A DNA stretch of 64,000 bases, taken from positions 38,320 to 102,319 of IMG/VR virus record IMGVR_UViG_2595698333_000001; one strand, 5' to 3'. This document shows, piece by piece, positions 35,615-45,921 of this stretch. The stretch's first letter is position 1. Each line of letters opens with the position of its first letter. This stretch comes from a virus. Taxonomy: Duplodnaviria; Caudoviricetes. A model generated the notes under the pieces. It was not told the DNA's origin, made no database searches, and saw only the letters and a program-made list of their open reading frames with translations. The position numbers and the translations under genes were made by a program.

Positions 35615-37527
35615 TGCCGGAAGCAGTAGAAGAGTGCGTGGATTCTGTCCTGGACGACAATCCAGACTACAGTGAATCTCGCGCGTATGCCATCTGTTGG
35701 TCACAGCAGAATGAGGGGAACCTCAAGGAGGCAGGCGACGACTTCGAGTGCGCCTTCTCCGGCGAGGTGCAGGACCTGAGCAAGGACAACGACGCTCTTA
35801 CTGACGACGAGGCGGCCTCAGTAGTCGCGGTGTCTAAGCTCGCGGACGACGCAGATGACCGCGCGGTGAAGGCGGTCGCATATCGCTCCTTCGCAGGTCA
35901 GTGGGGTGGGTATCACCCCGCAGAGACCACGAAAGACGGCAGAGAACACCTTCTCGAAACCTACAAGTCGACCGTAGATTCGCTCCTCAAGGAGTGGAAC
36001 AACGCGCTCGACAAGGTAGACGACAGCGAGGACGATGAGAACGTGACCGTGGACAAGTCGCAGGATGACTTCCCAACAGTCAAGTTCAAAATGCAGTCCT
36101 CGACAGGTATTCTGCCTGTCTTCAAGTCGAAGGACGGCGACATGATTATCTGGGGTCCTGCTTCTGTTGAGGTTGTGGACAAAGAGGGTGACAAGATTCG
36201 AGCATCGGCGCTCGAAGATGCCCTGCCTCAACTCCTTCGACGCCAGCGTCTCTCGCTGGAACACAGTGACCAACTGGTCGGGGAAATCCTCGAGAACTTC
36301 GAGACGGACGAGCCAATCACCGTCGAGGTGGATGGTAAGACGTTCGAGCGAGAGGAGTTTCCCACCGACGTTCTCGAACTGGACGACATGGAGCCGTCCC
36401 TGTTCGTCGCAGGTAAAATCTGGGACGACACGCGACAGTCGCGCCAGGCGCAGAAAGACATCGAGAACGGTGACCTCGACTCGTACAGCATCAGCGGTGA
36501 ATCGCTGGTGGCGACGACGAAGTACGAGGAGGGAGACGTCGTCAACGATATTAAAGAGCTCGACCTGAGCGCTGTGACTCTCTGCGAGGAGGGGATGAAT
36601 CAGAAGGCGAAGTTCGGCGTCGTCTCCAAGGCAGATGGTGACGCCCGCACCGATGAAGGCGACAACGTAGAAAACGGTCAGGCGGCCGTGAGTAAAGGCG
36701 CCCGAGGCCCGGCAGGAGTCCACGCAGACGGAACCATCCACATAGTGAAAAACATGGGAGACAACGAATCCGAGTCCGACGGTGCGAGCAATCCGTCGGA
36801 GGCTGTCTCGCTCGACGACGTTCGAGAAGAGTTCAAGAACGTCGTTGACGAGTCGCTTCCTGACGCCGAGCTCGCTACCAAGGACGACATGGTCAGTAAG
36901 GACGACGTTGAGTCCATCGTCGAGGAGAAGTCGATGGGCGAAGACGAAGTCCGCAGTATCGCACGCAAAACCGCCGAGGAAGTCCTCGACGAGAAGGGCG
37001 ACTACGAAGATGAGGAGCCCGAGGACGACGAGGAGAAGGGCGACGACGAGATGCCTCCGGAGGACGAGGAGGAGGACGAGGAGCCCGAACCCGTCGAGGC
37101 GGAGGACGACGAGGAACCCGAGGACGAGCCCGAAGTCGACGACGAAGTCGCTCCGGAGCCTCCCGAGGACGAGCCCGACGAGGAGAAGGGCGAGGACTAC
37201 GAGGAGGACGACGAGGACGAGGAGATGAAGGGCTACGACCACGGCGACCTCGAAGAGATGCTGCCCGAGGACCTCTACGAGGCCGTGCGGGAGTATCTCG
37301 ACGAGGACGACGGGGGCGACGAGGTAGTCGAGGCGTCCGAGTCGGATGAGGAAGGCCTCACCGAGGACGACGTGGAGAAGATGATTGAGGAGCAGTTCGG
37401 CGACGAGATGGTCCTCGATTCCCCCTCCGGTCCCACGGCGGAAGTGCAGAAGTCCTGGGAACAGGAAGACGAACCCGCGACGGACGACCAGGTCGGTCCG
37501 GCCGCGCAGCAGCTCTACGACCTGTAA
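35614..37527 (+). CDS. prohead protease (S78/XkdF-like) fused to acidic scaffold
   Basis: GPASVEVVDKEGD, LEH...VG, SYSISG, LSAVTL...MN; D/E-rich C-terminal half; upstream of MCP. Confidence 0.85.
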   Translation: MPEAVEECVDSVLDDNPDYSESRAYAICWSQQNEGNLKEAGDDFECAFSGEVQDLSKDNDALTDDEAASVVAVSKLADDADDRAVKAVAYRSFAGQWGGYHPAETTKDGREHLLETYKSTVDSLLKEWNNALDKVDDSEDDENVTVDKSQDDFPTVKFKMQSSTGILPVFKSKDGDMIIWGPASVEVVDKEGDKIRASALEDALPQLLRRQRLSLEHSDQLVGEILENFETDEPITVEVDGKTFEREEFPTDVLELDDMEPSLFVAGKIWDDTRQSRQAQKDIENGDLDSYSISGESLVATTKYEEGDVVNDIKELDLSAVTLCEEGMNQKAKFGVVSKADGDARTDEGDNVENGQAAVSKGARGPAGVHADGTIHIVKNMGDNESESDGASNPSEAVSLDDVREEFKNVVDESLPDAELATKDDMVSKDDVESIVEEKSMGEDEVRSIARKTAEEVLDEKGDYEDEEPEDDEEKGDDEMPPEDEEEDEEPEPVEAEDDEEPEDEPEVDDEVAPEPPEDEPDEEKGEDYEEDDEDEEMKGYDHGDLEEMLPEDLYEAVREYLDEDDGGDEVVEASESDEEGLTEDDVEKMIEEQFGDEMVLDSPSGPTAEVQKSWEQEDEPATDDQVGPAAQQLYDL

Positions 37528-37542
37528 CACGAGGTGACTCAA

Positions 37543-38916
37543 ATGGGAGAACTCACTGACAACGGCGTTCAACTCGCCAAGGCACAAATCGGCAAGCATC
37601 AGAAGCTGATGAAGAGTACGCAGGCCCGCAAGTACCTCGCCAAGCGCCAGCTTGAGCGAGGCGGCGACAGCGGGCAGGCGGCTCGACAGCAGGGTCTCTA
37701 CAAGACGCAGGCCCGTGGTCCGAAGGGTGAGAATCCGGGCAAGCTCCGCAAGGCGGACGGCCGGATTCACACCATCTACGACATGATAGACTACTACTAC
37801 GACTTCTACCCGAAGTACACCCGGAAGGAGTCGGGCGGGATGTCCAAGGCGGACAACCTCCTCGACACCACGGACGCCGGGTACCGGAACGTAGTCTACG
37901 GTTCCGAGGTCTTCTCGCTGCTCAACAGCGAGGCCAACCTGTTCGCGCTCCTGGAGAACCGAGCGTGGACCAAGTCCGGTGAGCGTATCGTCACCGGTCG
38001 GGACAGCAATCGTACTCTCGGTCAGGGCGGCGTCGGCGAAGGCGGTACTCTCCCCGACACCATCCACCCGGAAATCGACGAGTACGAGCAGGACCCCGCG
38101 TCCATCGTCCACACCTTCAACGTCAGCCAGGAGAAGCAGCTCCTCGCGCAGACGGACGACGACGACCTCAACGACCCGTTCGACTTCCTCCGTCGCTGGT
38201 ACGGCGAAGGCACGGAGCATCAGACGGGCATGGGCGAGCACCCGAAAGACATCAACGTTCAGCTCCTGGAAGATGCTGACACCACGGCCGGCAACAACAT
38301 GGAGTCGGTCGACCGCGTCATCTCGAACGGCGCGGAGTCCAGCCTCCTGAGCGACCCCGCCGACAACGACATCTACGGGTTCGACCGCTCGTCCAACGAG
38401 TTCGAGTCGAACGTCCTCGAGAACGGCGACACCGACCGTTCCTTCACCATCAACCTGATGGACGACGCCATCGAGCAGGTGAAGCAGAACAGCGGGAAGA
38501 ACCCGGTGCAGGACGACGGGTACTTCTGGCTGACTGGTCACGACACCTACAAGATTCTCGAGCAGGAGGTCGGCGGCAAGGAGCGCCTCGAACCTGTCCG
38601 GACGCAGGTCGGGATGAACGGTGTCCAGACCAACCCCGGTGACGACGTGGGAATCATCACGCAGTCCTACAAGACGATTCCCATCTTCGAGTCGAACGAC
38701 GTGTTCCAGGACACGCTCTCGCGTGTCTACCTGGTCGACTCGGAGACCATGTTCGTCAAGACCCTGCTGCCCACGCAGTTCTACAGCACGGGTATCGACG
38801 TTGACGACAACCCCTTCGCGGTCGACTCGCTCACCAACGAGGGCGCGTTCGTCACCATCGGGCAGCTCACCTGTACGAACCCGGCTGCCCACGCAAAGAT
38901 TCGGGACCTGAAGTAA
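37543..38916 (+). CDS. major capsid protein (HK97 fold)
   Basis: Position, size, strong codon bias, C-terminal G.L...NP.AHAKIRDL. Confidence 0.88.
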   Translation: MGELTDNGVQLAKAQIGKHQKLMKSTQARKYLAKRQLERGGDSGQAARQQGLYKTQARGPKGENPGKLRKADGRIHTIYDMIDYYYDFYPKYTRKESGGMSKADNLLDTTDAGYRNVVYGSEVFSLLNSEANLFALLENRAWTKSGERIVTGRDSNRTLGQGGVGEGGTLPDTIHPEIDEYEQDPASIVHTFNVSQEKQLLAQTDDDDLNDPFDFLRRWYGEGTEHQTGMGEHPKDINVQLLEDADTTAGNNMESVDRVISNGAESSLLSDPADNDIYGFDRSSNEFESNVLENGDTDRSFTINLMDDAIEQVKQNSGKNPVQDDGYFWLTGHDTYKILEQEVGGKERLEPVRTQVGMNGVQTNPGDDVGIITQSYKTIPIFESNDVFQDTLSRVYLVDSETMFVKTLLPTQFYSTGIDVDDNPFAVDSLTNEGAFVTIGQLTCTNPAAHAKIRDLK

Positions 38917-38934
38917 ATCTGAGGTAGATTTACG

Positions 38935-39312
38935 ATGAAGGTGGCGAAGGTTCGGTTCACGGCGGGCGCTCGCGTGCATACGCACAGAGTGCCGTCTACG
39001 CGGCAGAAGTACACGTTCCAGCACTACACTGGACGTGAGAACTGGGTGCCCGTCGAGGCCGTCGAAGACGCCGCCTACTTCGACGAGCATGAGTCCTTCG
39101 CCGTCGAGTGGACGCCTGCGGGCCTACTCGCCCGCGCGACTTCTGGTGCCGCCGGTTCGGTCAAGGAGGCACTGAAGGCGCTCGATTACCGCGACAAGCA
39201 GAAACTCGCACAGGAACGCGGTATCAAGGCGAACCAGTCGGAGGAGGAGCTCGAAGCGGAACTCAGCGAGGCGGCAGATGAGCTTGCACAACAGCTACAG
39301 CATCAACGGTAA
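38935..39312 (+). CDS. virion-associated protein with C-terminal HeH/Rho-N-like motif
   Basis: YRDKQKLAQERGIKANQSEEEL. Confidence 0.65.
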   Translation: MKVAKVRFTAGARVHTHRVPSTRQKYTFQHYTGRENWVPVEAVEDAAYFDEHESFAVEWTPAGLLARATSGAAGSVKEALKALDYRDKQKLAQERGIKANQSEEELEAELSEAADELAQQLQHQR

Positions 39313-39330
39313 CCAAGGAGATAACACGAC

Positions 39331-39663
39331 ATGACGAAGACTGTCAACATCGAGGAAACGGAGTACATGGGCGCCGTCACCACGCGGTTCGTCGAGGTGG
39401 ACATCACCAACTACGACGACGAGGGTGACGGCGATGGAGAAGAGTTCGTCCCCGCAGACGTCAGCATGCGGCGGTTCCAGGCGGTCATCCCGGAGGTCAA
39501 GGATGGCACTGGCGTAGTCGCTTCCTACGACGAGAGCGCAGGGAGCATCCGCCTGTACGCGCAAGCGAACGACGGGACGGGGACCACTGACGACAACCTC
39601 ACGGAGGTTCCGAGCAACAGTACCGAGGGCGCGACGCTCACGGTCATCTGCATGGGTCGGTGA
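39331..39663 (+). CDS. putative head decoration protein
   Basis: Beta-rich, downstream of MCP. Confidence 0.55.
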   Translation: MTKTVNIEETEYMGAVTTRFVEVDITNYDDEGDGDGEEFVPADVSMRRFQAVIPEVKDGTGVVASYDESAGSIRLYAQANDGTGTTDDNLTEVPSNSTEGATLTVICMGR

Positions 39664-39669
39664 TAACCC

Positions 39670-40083
39670 ATGGGTCGCCCGATTAGAGCCGAGGCGCTCA
39701 CCGGTGCGACCTCCGCTACCGCTGGGGACCGCGTTCAGACGAAGGGTCACAACTCGCTCGGCCTGTACGTAGTCGCGGAGAACCTCGACACGGCGAACGA
39801 CACACTCGACGTTCGCGCAGAAATGCAGGTCGCAGGCGAGTGGTCGGCTGTCCGAGACGCTTCGGGCACTGTCGTCCTCTCGCTCTCGACCTCCGACTTC
39901 GAGGACCCCGACGGTAATGGCACCTACGCGGCGTTCGTCTTCGCCCACGGTGTGCCTGCGGAGTTCCTCCGCGCTCGTATCACGTCGTTCACCGACAACG
40001 CGAACGGTGACCTGAGCGTGGACGCCTACGTCATGGGCGCGAACTGGAACGGTCCCGCGAGGGAGTTCAGGGAAATCGTCTGA
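39670..40083 (+). CDS. putative virion protein
   Basis: Beta-rich, in structural operon. Confidence 0.6.
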   Translation: MGRPIRAEALTGATSATAGDRVQTKGHNSLGLYVVAENLDTANDTLDVRAEMQVAGEWSAVRDASGTVVLSLSTSDFEDPDGNGTYAAFVFAHGVPAEFLRARITSFTDNANGDLSVDAYVMGANWNGPAREFREIV

Positions 40084-40085
40084 CC

Positions 40086-40418
40086 ATGCCTCTGGTCGAT
40101 GTAATACTGTCCCACCTCGTCAGCGAGGTTGGGGTCGTCGGCCTGTTCATCATCTGGGTCCTGTACCAGGTGTACTCACCCGAGTGGATGCCGAACACCA
40201 AGTTCCAGCAGGTCGCGTCAGACATCGAGTCAGAGGTTAGAGAGACGAAGCATCTGCTCGTCTCGACTATCACGGTGCTCCGAGCGGTAGTGCGTACAAA
40301 CGACGAGGTTGACACCGACAAGGTGGATGAGTATCTCGTTGAGAACGGCGTCGAACCGGATGACTTCATCCGGGACGCGCACCTCCCGAACCACGACAGA
40401 AATCCAGGTGACGACTAA
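40086..40418 (+). CDS. single-TM membrane protein (lysis-related?)
   Basis: N-terminal hydrophobic helix plus coiled coil. Confidence 0.6.
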   Translation: MPLVDVILSHLVSEVGVVGLFIIWVLYQVYSPEWMPNTKFQQVASDIESEVRETKHLLVSTITVLRAVVRTNDEVDTDKVDEYLVENGVEPDDFIRDAHLPNHDRNPGDD

Positions 40419-41098
40419 TGGGACTTCAAACGGCTGACTCAAACGTCGGGTACTGCGACACGTCAGACGTGGCTCGATTCTTTCGCGTCATAGACGGAGA
40501 CTTCGACGCTAACACCGACCCGACGAAGTCCGAGGTGGATGACCTCATCCTGGAGATGTCCGATGAGATTGACCGCTACACCGGTCACGCATGGCGTGAG
40601 CGTCAGGTCGTAGACGAGTATCACGACCTCGACGAGACGCCGTACTACTTCGGGTCGGGGACGCCCATCAAGCTCCTGCACCGAGAAATCGTCTCGCCGC
40701 TCGACGACGCCCAGGGAGACAAGCTGGAAATCTGGGATGGAAACGAGTGGGAGGAGTGGGTGTCTGACTCGTCGAAGACGCAGGGCAGGAACGGTGAGTT
40801 CTGGATTGACAAGACGAGCGGGCTGCTTTACGTCTACCGACGCTACGCGACATGGAGCGAACCTGCGGTCCGTGTCACGTATCGCTTCGGGAACCAGGCG
40901 AACGTGCCTCGTGACGTGAAGAACGCCTGCGCTCGTCTTGCCGCCGCCGAACTGCTGTGGACGGACCAGTACTCCGACCTCCTGCCTGCCGGCAACGACG
41001 GTGCGCCCGACTCGGGACGTGCAGCGGAACGTCTCGAAGACAAGGCCTACGAGAAGCTCGACAAACGCAAGGAGGTCCGACCCGCGGGTACGTACTGA
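40418..41098 (+). CDS. head-tail adaptor
   Basis: YC...DV, IDRYTG, VTYRFG...VPRDVKNACARLAA. Confidence 0.8.
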   Translation: MGLQTADSNVGYCDTSDVARFFRVIDGDFDANTDPTKSEVDDLILEMSDEIDRYTGHAWRERQVVDEYHDLDETPYYFGSGTPIKLLHREIVSPLDDAQGDKLEIWDGNEWEEWVSDSSKTQGRNGEFWIDKTSGLLYVYRRYATWSEPAVRVTYRFGNQANVPRDVKNACARLAAAELLWTDQYSDLLPAGNDGAPDSGRAAERLEDKAYEKLDKRKEVRPAGTY

Positions 41099-41709
41099 TG
41101 GCAGGAGTTGAGTACGAGGTTGAGCAGGACGCCGTGGACGTTATCGAGCAGACAGAGAACGCTGTCGGCAAAGTCGAGTATCCTGCGGAGTACGCCTCGT
41201 ATGTCAACTACCCCACCAACTACAAGGGGGACAGCGCTCCTCCGTTTGAGCCCATCTTCGAGTGGGTCAAACGCAAGTGGGGCGACCTCAGTACGGGACT
41301 CAAGAACGCCGCGCTTGAGAACGTCAACGACCCGGGTAGCGTGACGAAGAAGGAGCACCAGAAGAAGGTCGCGTGGGTCGTCGTTCGTTCCATCGGCGAC
41401 TCGGGTACCGAAGGCCTGTACTTCGCTGAGCGGTCGATGAAGTTCGGCAAGGACAACGCGCAGAAGGTCGCGCAGAAATACGAGAACTCGAACGACCCGC
41501 TCGCGCCGTACAAGGCAGTCGTGGACATCACCGACCTGACGTTCCAGCACTCGCAAGACATCATCTCGGGCGACCAGAAGGTAGACACCGACAAGGAGGA
41601 ATCGTCGGCGTTCGACGAAGGGTTCCTCAAGAGGTCGGGGACGCGAGAGTACACGCAGGATGGCGAGGGCGCGGAGAGCGGTGACTGGGACGGAGGTGTT
41701 CCTAACTGA
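41098..41709 (+). CDS. neck protein (HK97 gp10-like)
   Basis: YASYV, PP...I.EWV.RK, I...GTEG. Confidence 0.65.
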   Translation: MAGVEYEVEQDAVDVIEQTENAVGKVEYPAEYASYVNYPTNYKGDSAPPFEPIFEWVKRKWGDLSTGLKNAALENVNDPGSVTKKEHQKKVAWVVVRSIGDSGTEGLYFAERSMKFGKDNAQKVAQKYENSNDPLAPYKAVVDITDLTFQHSQDIISGDQKVDTDKEESSAFDEGFLKRSGTREYTQDGEGAESGDWDGGVPN

Positions 41710-42179
41710 TGGCCGACGTTGACTGGGACGTTGCCGAACTGACGCGCACGTACCTCGACAACAACTGGGACGACGCAGGTAACGGCATCACCAAACCTGA
41801 CCGCGTAGAACTCCTCACCGAGGACAACACCGGGAAGGCACGGCAGAAGGTTCGTCGCAACTCGAGCGAGTACATCCTCGTGTACGAACCCGGAGAACGT
41901 AACATCGAGTCGGCGGACATCTTCCACGAGTCAGAGGACAAATCCGCCATGGTCGCCATCGAGGCGTCCACTCAGGACGGGCGTGCCCGCCGTGAGGAAA
42001 TCTTCAAGGAGATAAAGCGCCTGACGAACGAGAGGCGCAAGCGTTCCGGTCCCGTCGAGACGCCTGGGAACTGGGACAAGTTGAACATCCAGACCGTCAA
42101 CCCGTTCGACGATACCGCCTTCGGGTGGCACGTCCTCGAGATGACGGTGGAATACTCAAGGCACTCCGACCTGATATAA
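41709..42179 (+). CDS. tail terminator (probable)
   Basis: Size and position before tail tube. Confidence 0.6.
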   Translation: MADVDWDVAELTRTYLDNNWDDAGNGITKPDRVELLTEDNTGKARQKVRRNSSEYILVYEPGERNIESADIFHESEDKSAMVAIEASTQDGRARREEIFKEIKRLTNERRKRSGPVETPGNWDKLNIQTVNPFDDTAFGWHVLEMTVEYSRHSDLI

Positions 42180-42196
42180 CCACATAGAGAGCAACC

Positions 42197-43210
42197 ATGC
42201 CAGGAAACGACGCACCCTTCAAGTCAAAGAGCACCCAACTCGTGGTGGGGCACGAGTCGTCGCAGAACACGACCGTCACTCCCGACCGAGTCCCGGGGCT
42301 CGTCGCAGACGCAGCATCGCTCCCCGACCCCGAAGTCGACTACCTGGAGGACCGAGTCATCGGTGGCGACCGGGAACTGTTCGACAAGCGGGCGGGTCGC
42401 AGAACCTACGAAGCAGGAAGCATCACTGTCCGGCCGCAGGACGCCTGGCCGTTCGCGTACCTGTTCGGTAGCGAGACGGTCAACGCCGACACGGACATAG
42501 ACGGCAACTCGGAGACGGGCACCGACACGCACGTCTTCACGCCGCTGATGGACGACCTGCCGCCGACGTTTACTACCGAGGCGGTGTACTACGCTCCCAC
42601 GTCGTCCGCGGCAAACGACTTCGTTCGTACCTTCGGTGGGTGCGCAGTCGCGTCCGGGGAGATTACGATGGACAACGAGAACCAGCTCGAGGTGGACCTG
42701 GACCTTTACGCCATGTCGGTCAGTCCGGGTAGCAGTCCCACGTCGAGTATCAGCGTCCCCGACCAGGAGAAGTGGATTTTCTCGGACGCGAAGTCGAACC
42801 TCACGCTATTCAGCACGTCGTTCGCTCGTGTCACCGACTTCTCCGTCTCGATGGACAACGGCCTCGAGGCGAAGTACTACATCGAGTCGGCGAACGCGCC
42901 TGACCCGTTCGAGCTGCTCTACAACATTATCGAGTACCAGCTCGACTGCACCATCGCCGTGGACGATAATACGCTCTACAACCAGCTCGTCAACAACACC
43001 GACACGACCTTCACGGCGGAAATCACGTTCGAGCGTCCCAACGGTGACGCCCTGCGTATCAAGGCGACCGAGTGTCAAATCGAGAGTGCACCGCACGAGA
43101 TTCCTGAGGACGACCAGACCATCGAGGTGGACGTGAGTATCGTCCCCGAAGGTCTGGAGGTCCGGGTCGAGGACAGCAACAGTGCCGACGGTACGGCCAT
43201 CCTCGCCTGA
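42197..43210 (+). CDS. major tail tube protein
   Basis: GHES....T, THVFT, PTFT.E, F.GC pattern; no sheath gene. Confidence 0.8.
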   Translation: MPGNDAPFKSKSTQLVVGHESSQNTTVTPDRVPGLVADAASLPDPEVDYLEDRVIGGDRELFDKRAGRRTYEAGSITVRPQDAWPFAYLFGSETVNADTDIDGNSETGTDTHVFTPLMDDLPPTFTTEAVYYAPTSSAANDFVRTFGGCAVASGEITMDNENQLEVDLDLYAMSVSPGSSPTSSISVPDQEKWIFSDAKSNLTLFSTSFARVTDFSVSMDNGLEAKYYIESANAPDPFELLYNIIEYQLDCTIAVDDNTLYNQLVNNTDTTFTAEITFERPNGDALRIKATECQIESAPHEIPEDDQTIEVDVSIVPEGLEVRVEDSNSADGTAILA

Positions 43211-43264
43211 ATCTCCGCGGTGTAACGAGATTTAAAACGCACTACCGACAACGAACATACGAAG

Positions 43265-43681
43265 ATGACAGGACAAAACGACATTCCGGAGGAGTACGAG
43301 GACCTCGAGATGGGCGGGCGTCAGGACGTTCTCGTCTCCGAGGACGTAGAACGCGAGTACATCGAGCATGATGGCAAGCTCTTCTGGTTCGACTTCGGTG
43401 AGATGACGTGGGACCAGAAGACGGACATCATAGACGAGAACCTCGACGTGGACCAGAACAGCGGCGAGATGGACCTCGACATGAAAGGATACTACCGAGA
43501 CGTAATGGAGGAAGTCATCGTCGACTCCTCCGTTGACGGGAGTATCACTACGATGCTTCGAGGCATGGAGGCCAACTTCGGGCAGAAGCTCCAGGCGCTC
43601 GACCACGTCCCGCAGCCCGGCGCGGTGATGGAGGACGTTGAAGAGGGAAAGTCAGAGCAGCCATCCGAGGACGAAACGTAG
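43265..43681 (+). CDS. tail assembly chaperone (gpG-like)
   Basis: Between tube and TMP; in-frame G GGA AAG slippery site at 43645-43651. Confidence 0.8.
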   Translation: MTGQNDIPEEYEDLEMGGRQDVLVSEDVEREYIEHDGKLFWFDFGEMTWDQKTDIIDENLDVDQNSGEMDLDMKGYYRDVMEEVIVDSSVDGSITTMLRGMEANFGQKLQALDHVPQPGAVMEDVEEGKSEQPSEDET

Positions 43682-44019
43682 ACGATGACTCAGCCGCCCT
43701 GTTTCGTCGGGAGGCGGTCGAGATGCTCCTGACGAAAGAGGTCGGGTTGAACCTACGAGACATCCGCGGATGGCATGAAAGGTCCGTGCGTACAGAGAGA
43801 CGCACAGACTTCGTCGCTGCTGTACGTCGTTGGGTCCCGTGGTGCGACGACCCGGAACCCAAACGAACCGTAGAGACGACAAACGTCCGCGGTCTGAGCG
43901 AAGGTCAGGTCATGCGCCTGCTCGTGCTGCATGACGAGCATGAGCAGATGAAGGAGGAAGAGGCCGAGAAAGAACGCAAGCGTGCCCGTCGCAAAGCAGG
44001 CGGGCTCAACAACAACTAA
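43265..44019 (+). CDS. tail assembly chaperone, -1 frameshift product (gpGT-like)
   Basis: The -1 frame from 43645 is open through the 43723-44019 ORF. Confidence 0.75.
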
Positions 44020-44020
44020 A

Positions 44021-45463
44021 ATGGTAGTCATCGGCACGCTGTCGTGGAACGTCAACGTCGAAGGCGCCGCAGAGGCGAAGGCGCAAGCGCAAGCCATGTC
44101 CACGGGCATGGACGACACCGCGGAGACCGCGACGGAAAGTGCCGAGAACCTCGACGAACTGGCAGCGTCGTACATGAGTCTGGAGCATCTGATGGGGGAC
44201 ACCTCCCAGCAGGCAGAAGAGCAAGAATCCTCCATCGCTCAAACGGCGCTCGCATACGTCGGCCTCGCTGAAGTGCTCGGCATGACGACCGAGGAAGAGG
44301 AGGAACAGGAGTCGCAGTCGTCCTTCCTCGCCTCGGGCCTGTTCTTCCTCGCCTCGATGGTCGGGCGTCTCATCCTCCAATACACGGCACTCGGCGGTAT
44401 CCTCGGAACGGCGACCAAGCTGTTCGGAGGCCTCGCTCGTGTCGTCAAATGGATTGCTGGGCTCCCGCTCGCGTCCTGGGCAGCAACTGCCGGTGGTGCT
44501 TTCAAGTCAGGGCTGCTCTGGGTGTTCCGCGGACTGGTCAGTATCGGGGGTACTCTGCTGTCGTGGGGGTCCTCGTTCGTCTCATGGCTCGCCGCGGGTA
44601 GCGCAGGCGCCCTGGCGTTCGCCGCCGCCATCGGTTTCGTTATCGGCATGATTGGCGTCTGGATTCTCGAGATTACAGGCGTCCTCGATTGGATTGGGAA
44701 GCTCGGTCAGGCGCTCGGAACGTCGCTTCCCGGGTGGGCCCGCGACGGCCTGCTCGCCGTTATCGGTATCTTCGTCGGTGGCCTCGCAGTGCTCGGTGGG
44801 CTCGTTATCGGGTTCATCGAGGGCGGGTTCTCCGGCGCGTGGAACCGCGCGGCACAAATCGTAGACATCTTCTTCGGGTCGTTCAAGCGCACCTTCAATC
44901 GTATCGCCAACTGGGGGTCGGGGCTTGTCTCCGGGTTTACTCAGTGGTGGGTCGACTTCAAGAACAACGCCATCAGCGAGGTCGAGTCGTTCATCTCGAC
45001 CATCCTGACTAAGGCAGGCGACCTCGGGACAGACATCAGTAAGCACATTACTGAAGGGTTCAAGGGAATCTTCAACAGCGTGATTCCCTCGCGCCTCGAA
45101 GTTCCGGAAATCACCATCGGCGGGTTTACGATTGACGCAGGACCCGCGGGTAGTTATCAACTGCCATCCTACACGGTCGGCGGTCAAGGATTCAACATGC
45201 CGCAGCTCGAGGAGGGCGGGATGGTCGAAGAGACGGGTCTCGCGCAAGTGCACGAGGGAGAGACGTACATCCCGAGGGACGTCCGACAGAACATGGGCGG
45301 CGACGGAGGAACCGGAGAGACGAAGAATGTGACGATTAACGTCGGTGGTGTCGAGATGGGCGACCAATCCCTCGACCTGTCGCGCATGGGCACCACCGAA
45401 CTGCGTAACCTCGCGGAGCAAATCGCTGAGGTGCTCGGGACGGAGGCGGACACCATCGTATGA
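44021..45463 (+). CDS. tape measure protein (short, about 480 aa)
   Basis: Ala/Gly/Trp-rich helices; P.L..GG.V..TGLA.VHEGE C-terminal motif. Confidence 0.85.
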   Translation: MVVIGTLSWNVNVEGAAEAKAQAQAMSTGMDDTAETATESAENLDELAASYMSLEHLMGDTSQQAEEQESSIAQTALAYVGLAEVLGMTTEEEEEQESQSSFLASGLFFLASMVGRLILQYTALGGILGTATKLFGGLARVVKWIAGLPLASWAATAGGAFKSGLLWVFRGLVSIGGTLLSWGSSFVSWLAAGSAGALAFAAAIGFVIGMIGVWILEITGVLDWIGKLGQALGTSLPGWARDGLLAVIGIFVGGLAVLGGLVIGFIEGGFSGAWNRAAQIVDIFFGSFKRTFNRIANWGSGLVSGFTQWWVDFKNNAISEVESFISTILTKAGDLGTDISKHITEGFKGIFNSVIPSRLEVPEITIGGFTIDAGPAGSYQLPSYTVGGQGFNMPQLEEGGMVEETGLAQVHEGETYIPRDVRQNMGGDGGTGETKNVTINVGGVEMGDQSLDLSRMGTTELRNLAEQIAEVLGTEADTIV

Positions 45464-45915
45464 CTTCAGGACTCGACGTATCACTGGTCAAATCGGACGG
45501 GTCGGAAACGTTCCAGCTCCGCACCGAGAAGGTGCAGAGCAAGGTCAGCAACGGCCTCATCACTCGTTCCATCCTGTCTGGGCTCGGAGACCTCGTCGCC
45601 GGGTCGGACCCAGTGCTCAACACCGAGACGTACAAACTTCAGAACGTCCTCATCAGGAACGTGGACGCGGCCGACTATCCCAACTCCTCGTCGTACAGCA
45701 ACGACAACTACGGCATGGAGAACGAGCTGCGACGTGCAGCGAAGGAGTGGGGTCCGTCGGCGGCGCAGGGGTTCGACCAACTCCAGTGGGACGGGCGGAA
45801 TATAGACGTGGTCATCACTGACTTCACGTCTGACCAGAAGCAGTCGGAGGACGGTGTACCTCGCACCTACACGGTGAACATGGAAGTCACTCACGTTGAC
45901 GTGTACGTGGGGTGA
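45460..45915 (+). CDS. distal tail protein (probable)
   Basis: Follows TMP. Confidence 0.6.
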   Translation: MTSGLDVSLVKSDGSETFQLRTEKVQSKVSNGLITRSILSGLGDLVAGSDPVLNTETYKLQNVLIRNVDAADYPNSSSYSNDNYGMENELRRAAKEWGPSAAQGFDQLQWDGRNIDVVITDFTSDQKQSEDGVPRTYTVNMEVTHVDVYVG

Positions 45916-45921
45916 TTCTCC

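Noticed and set aside
35818-39090. 1090-aa minus-strand ORF, and similar long antisense ORFs such as 15865-17952 and 24364-25923
   Set aside because: Shadow frames of acidic, high-GC genes; L/V/R-rich with no motifs.
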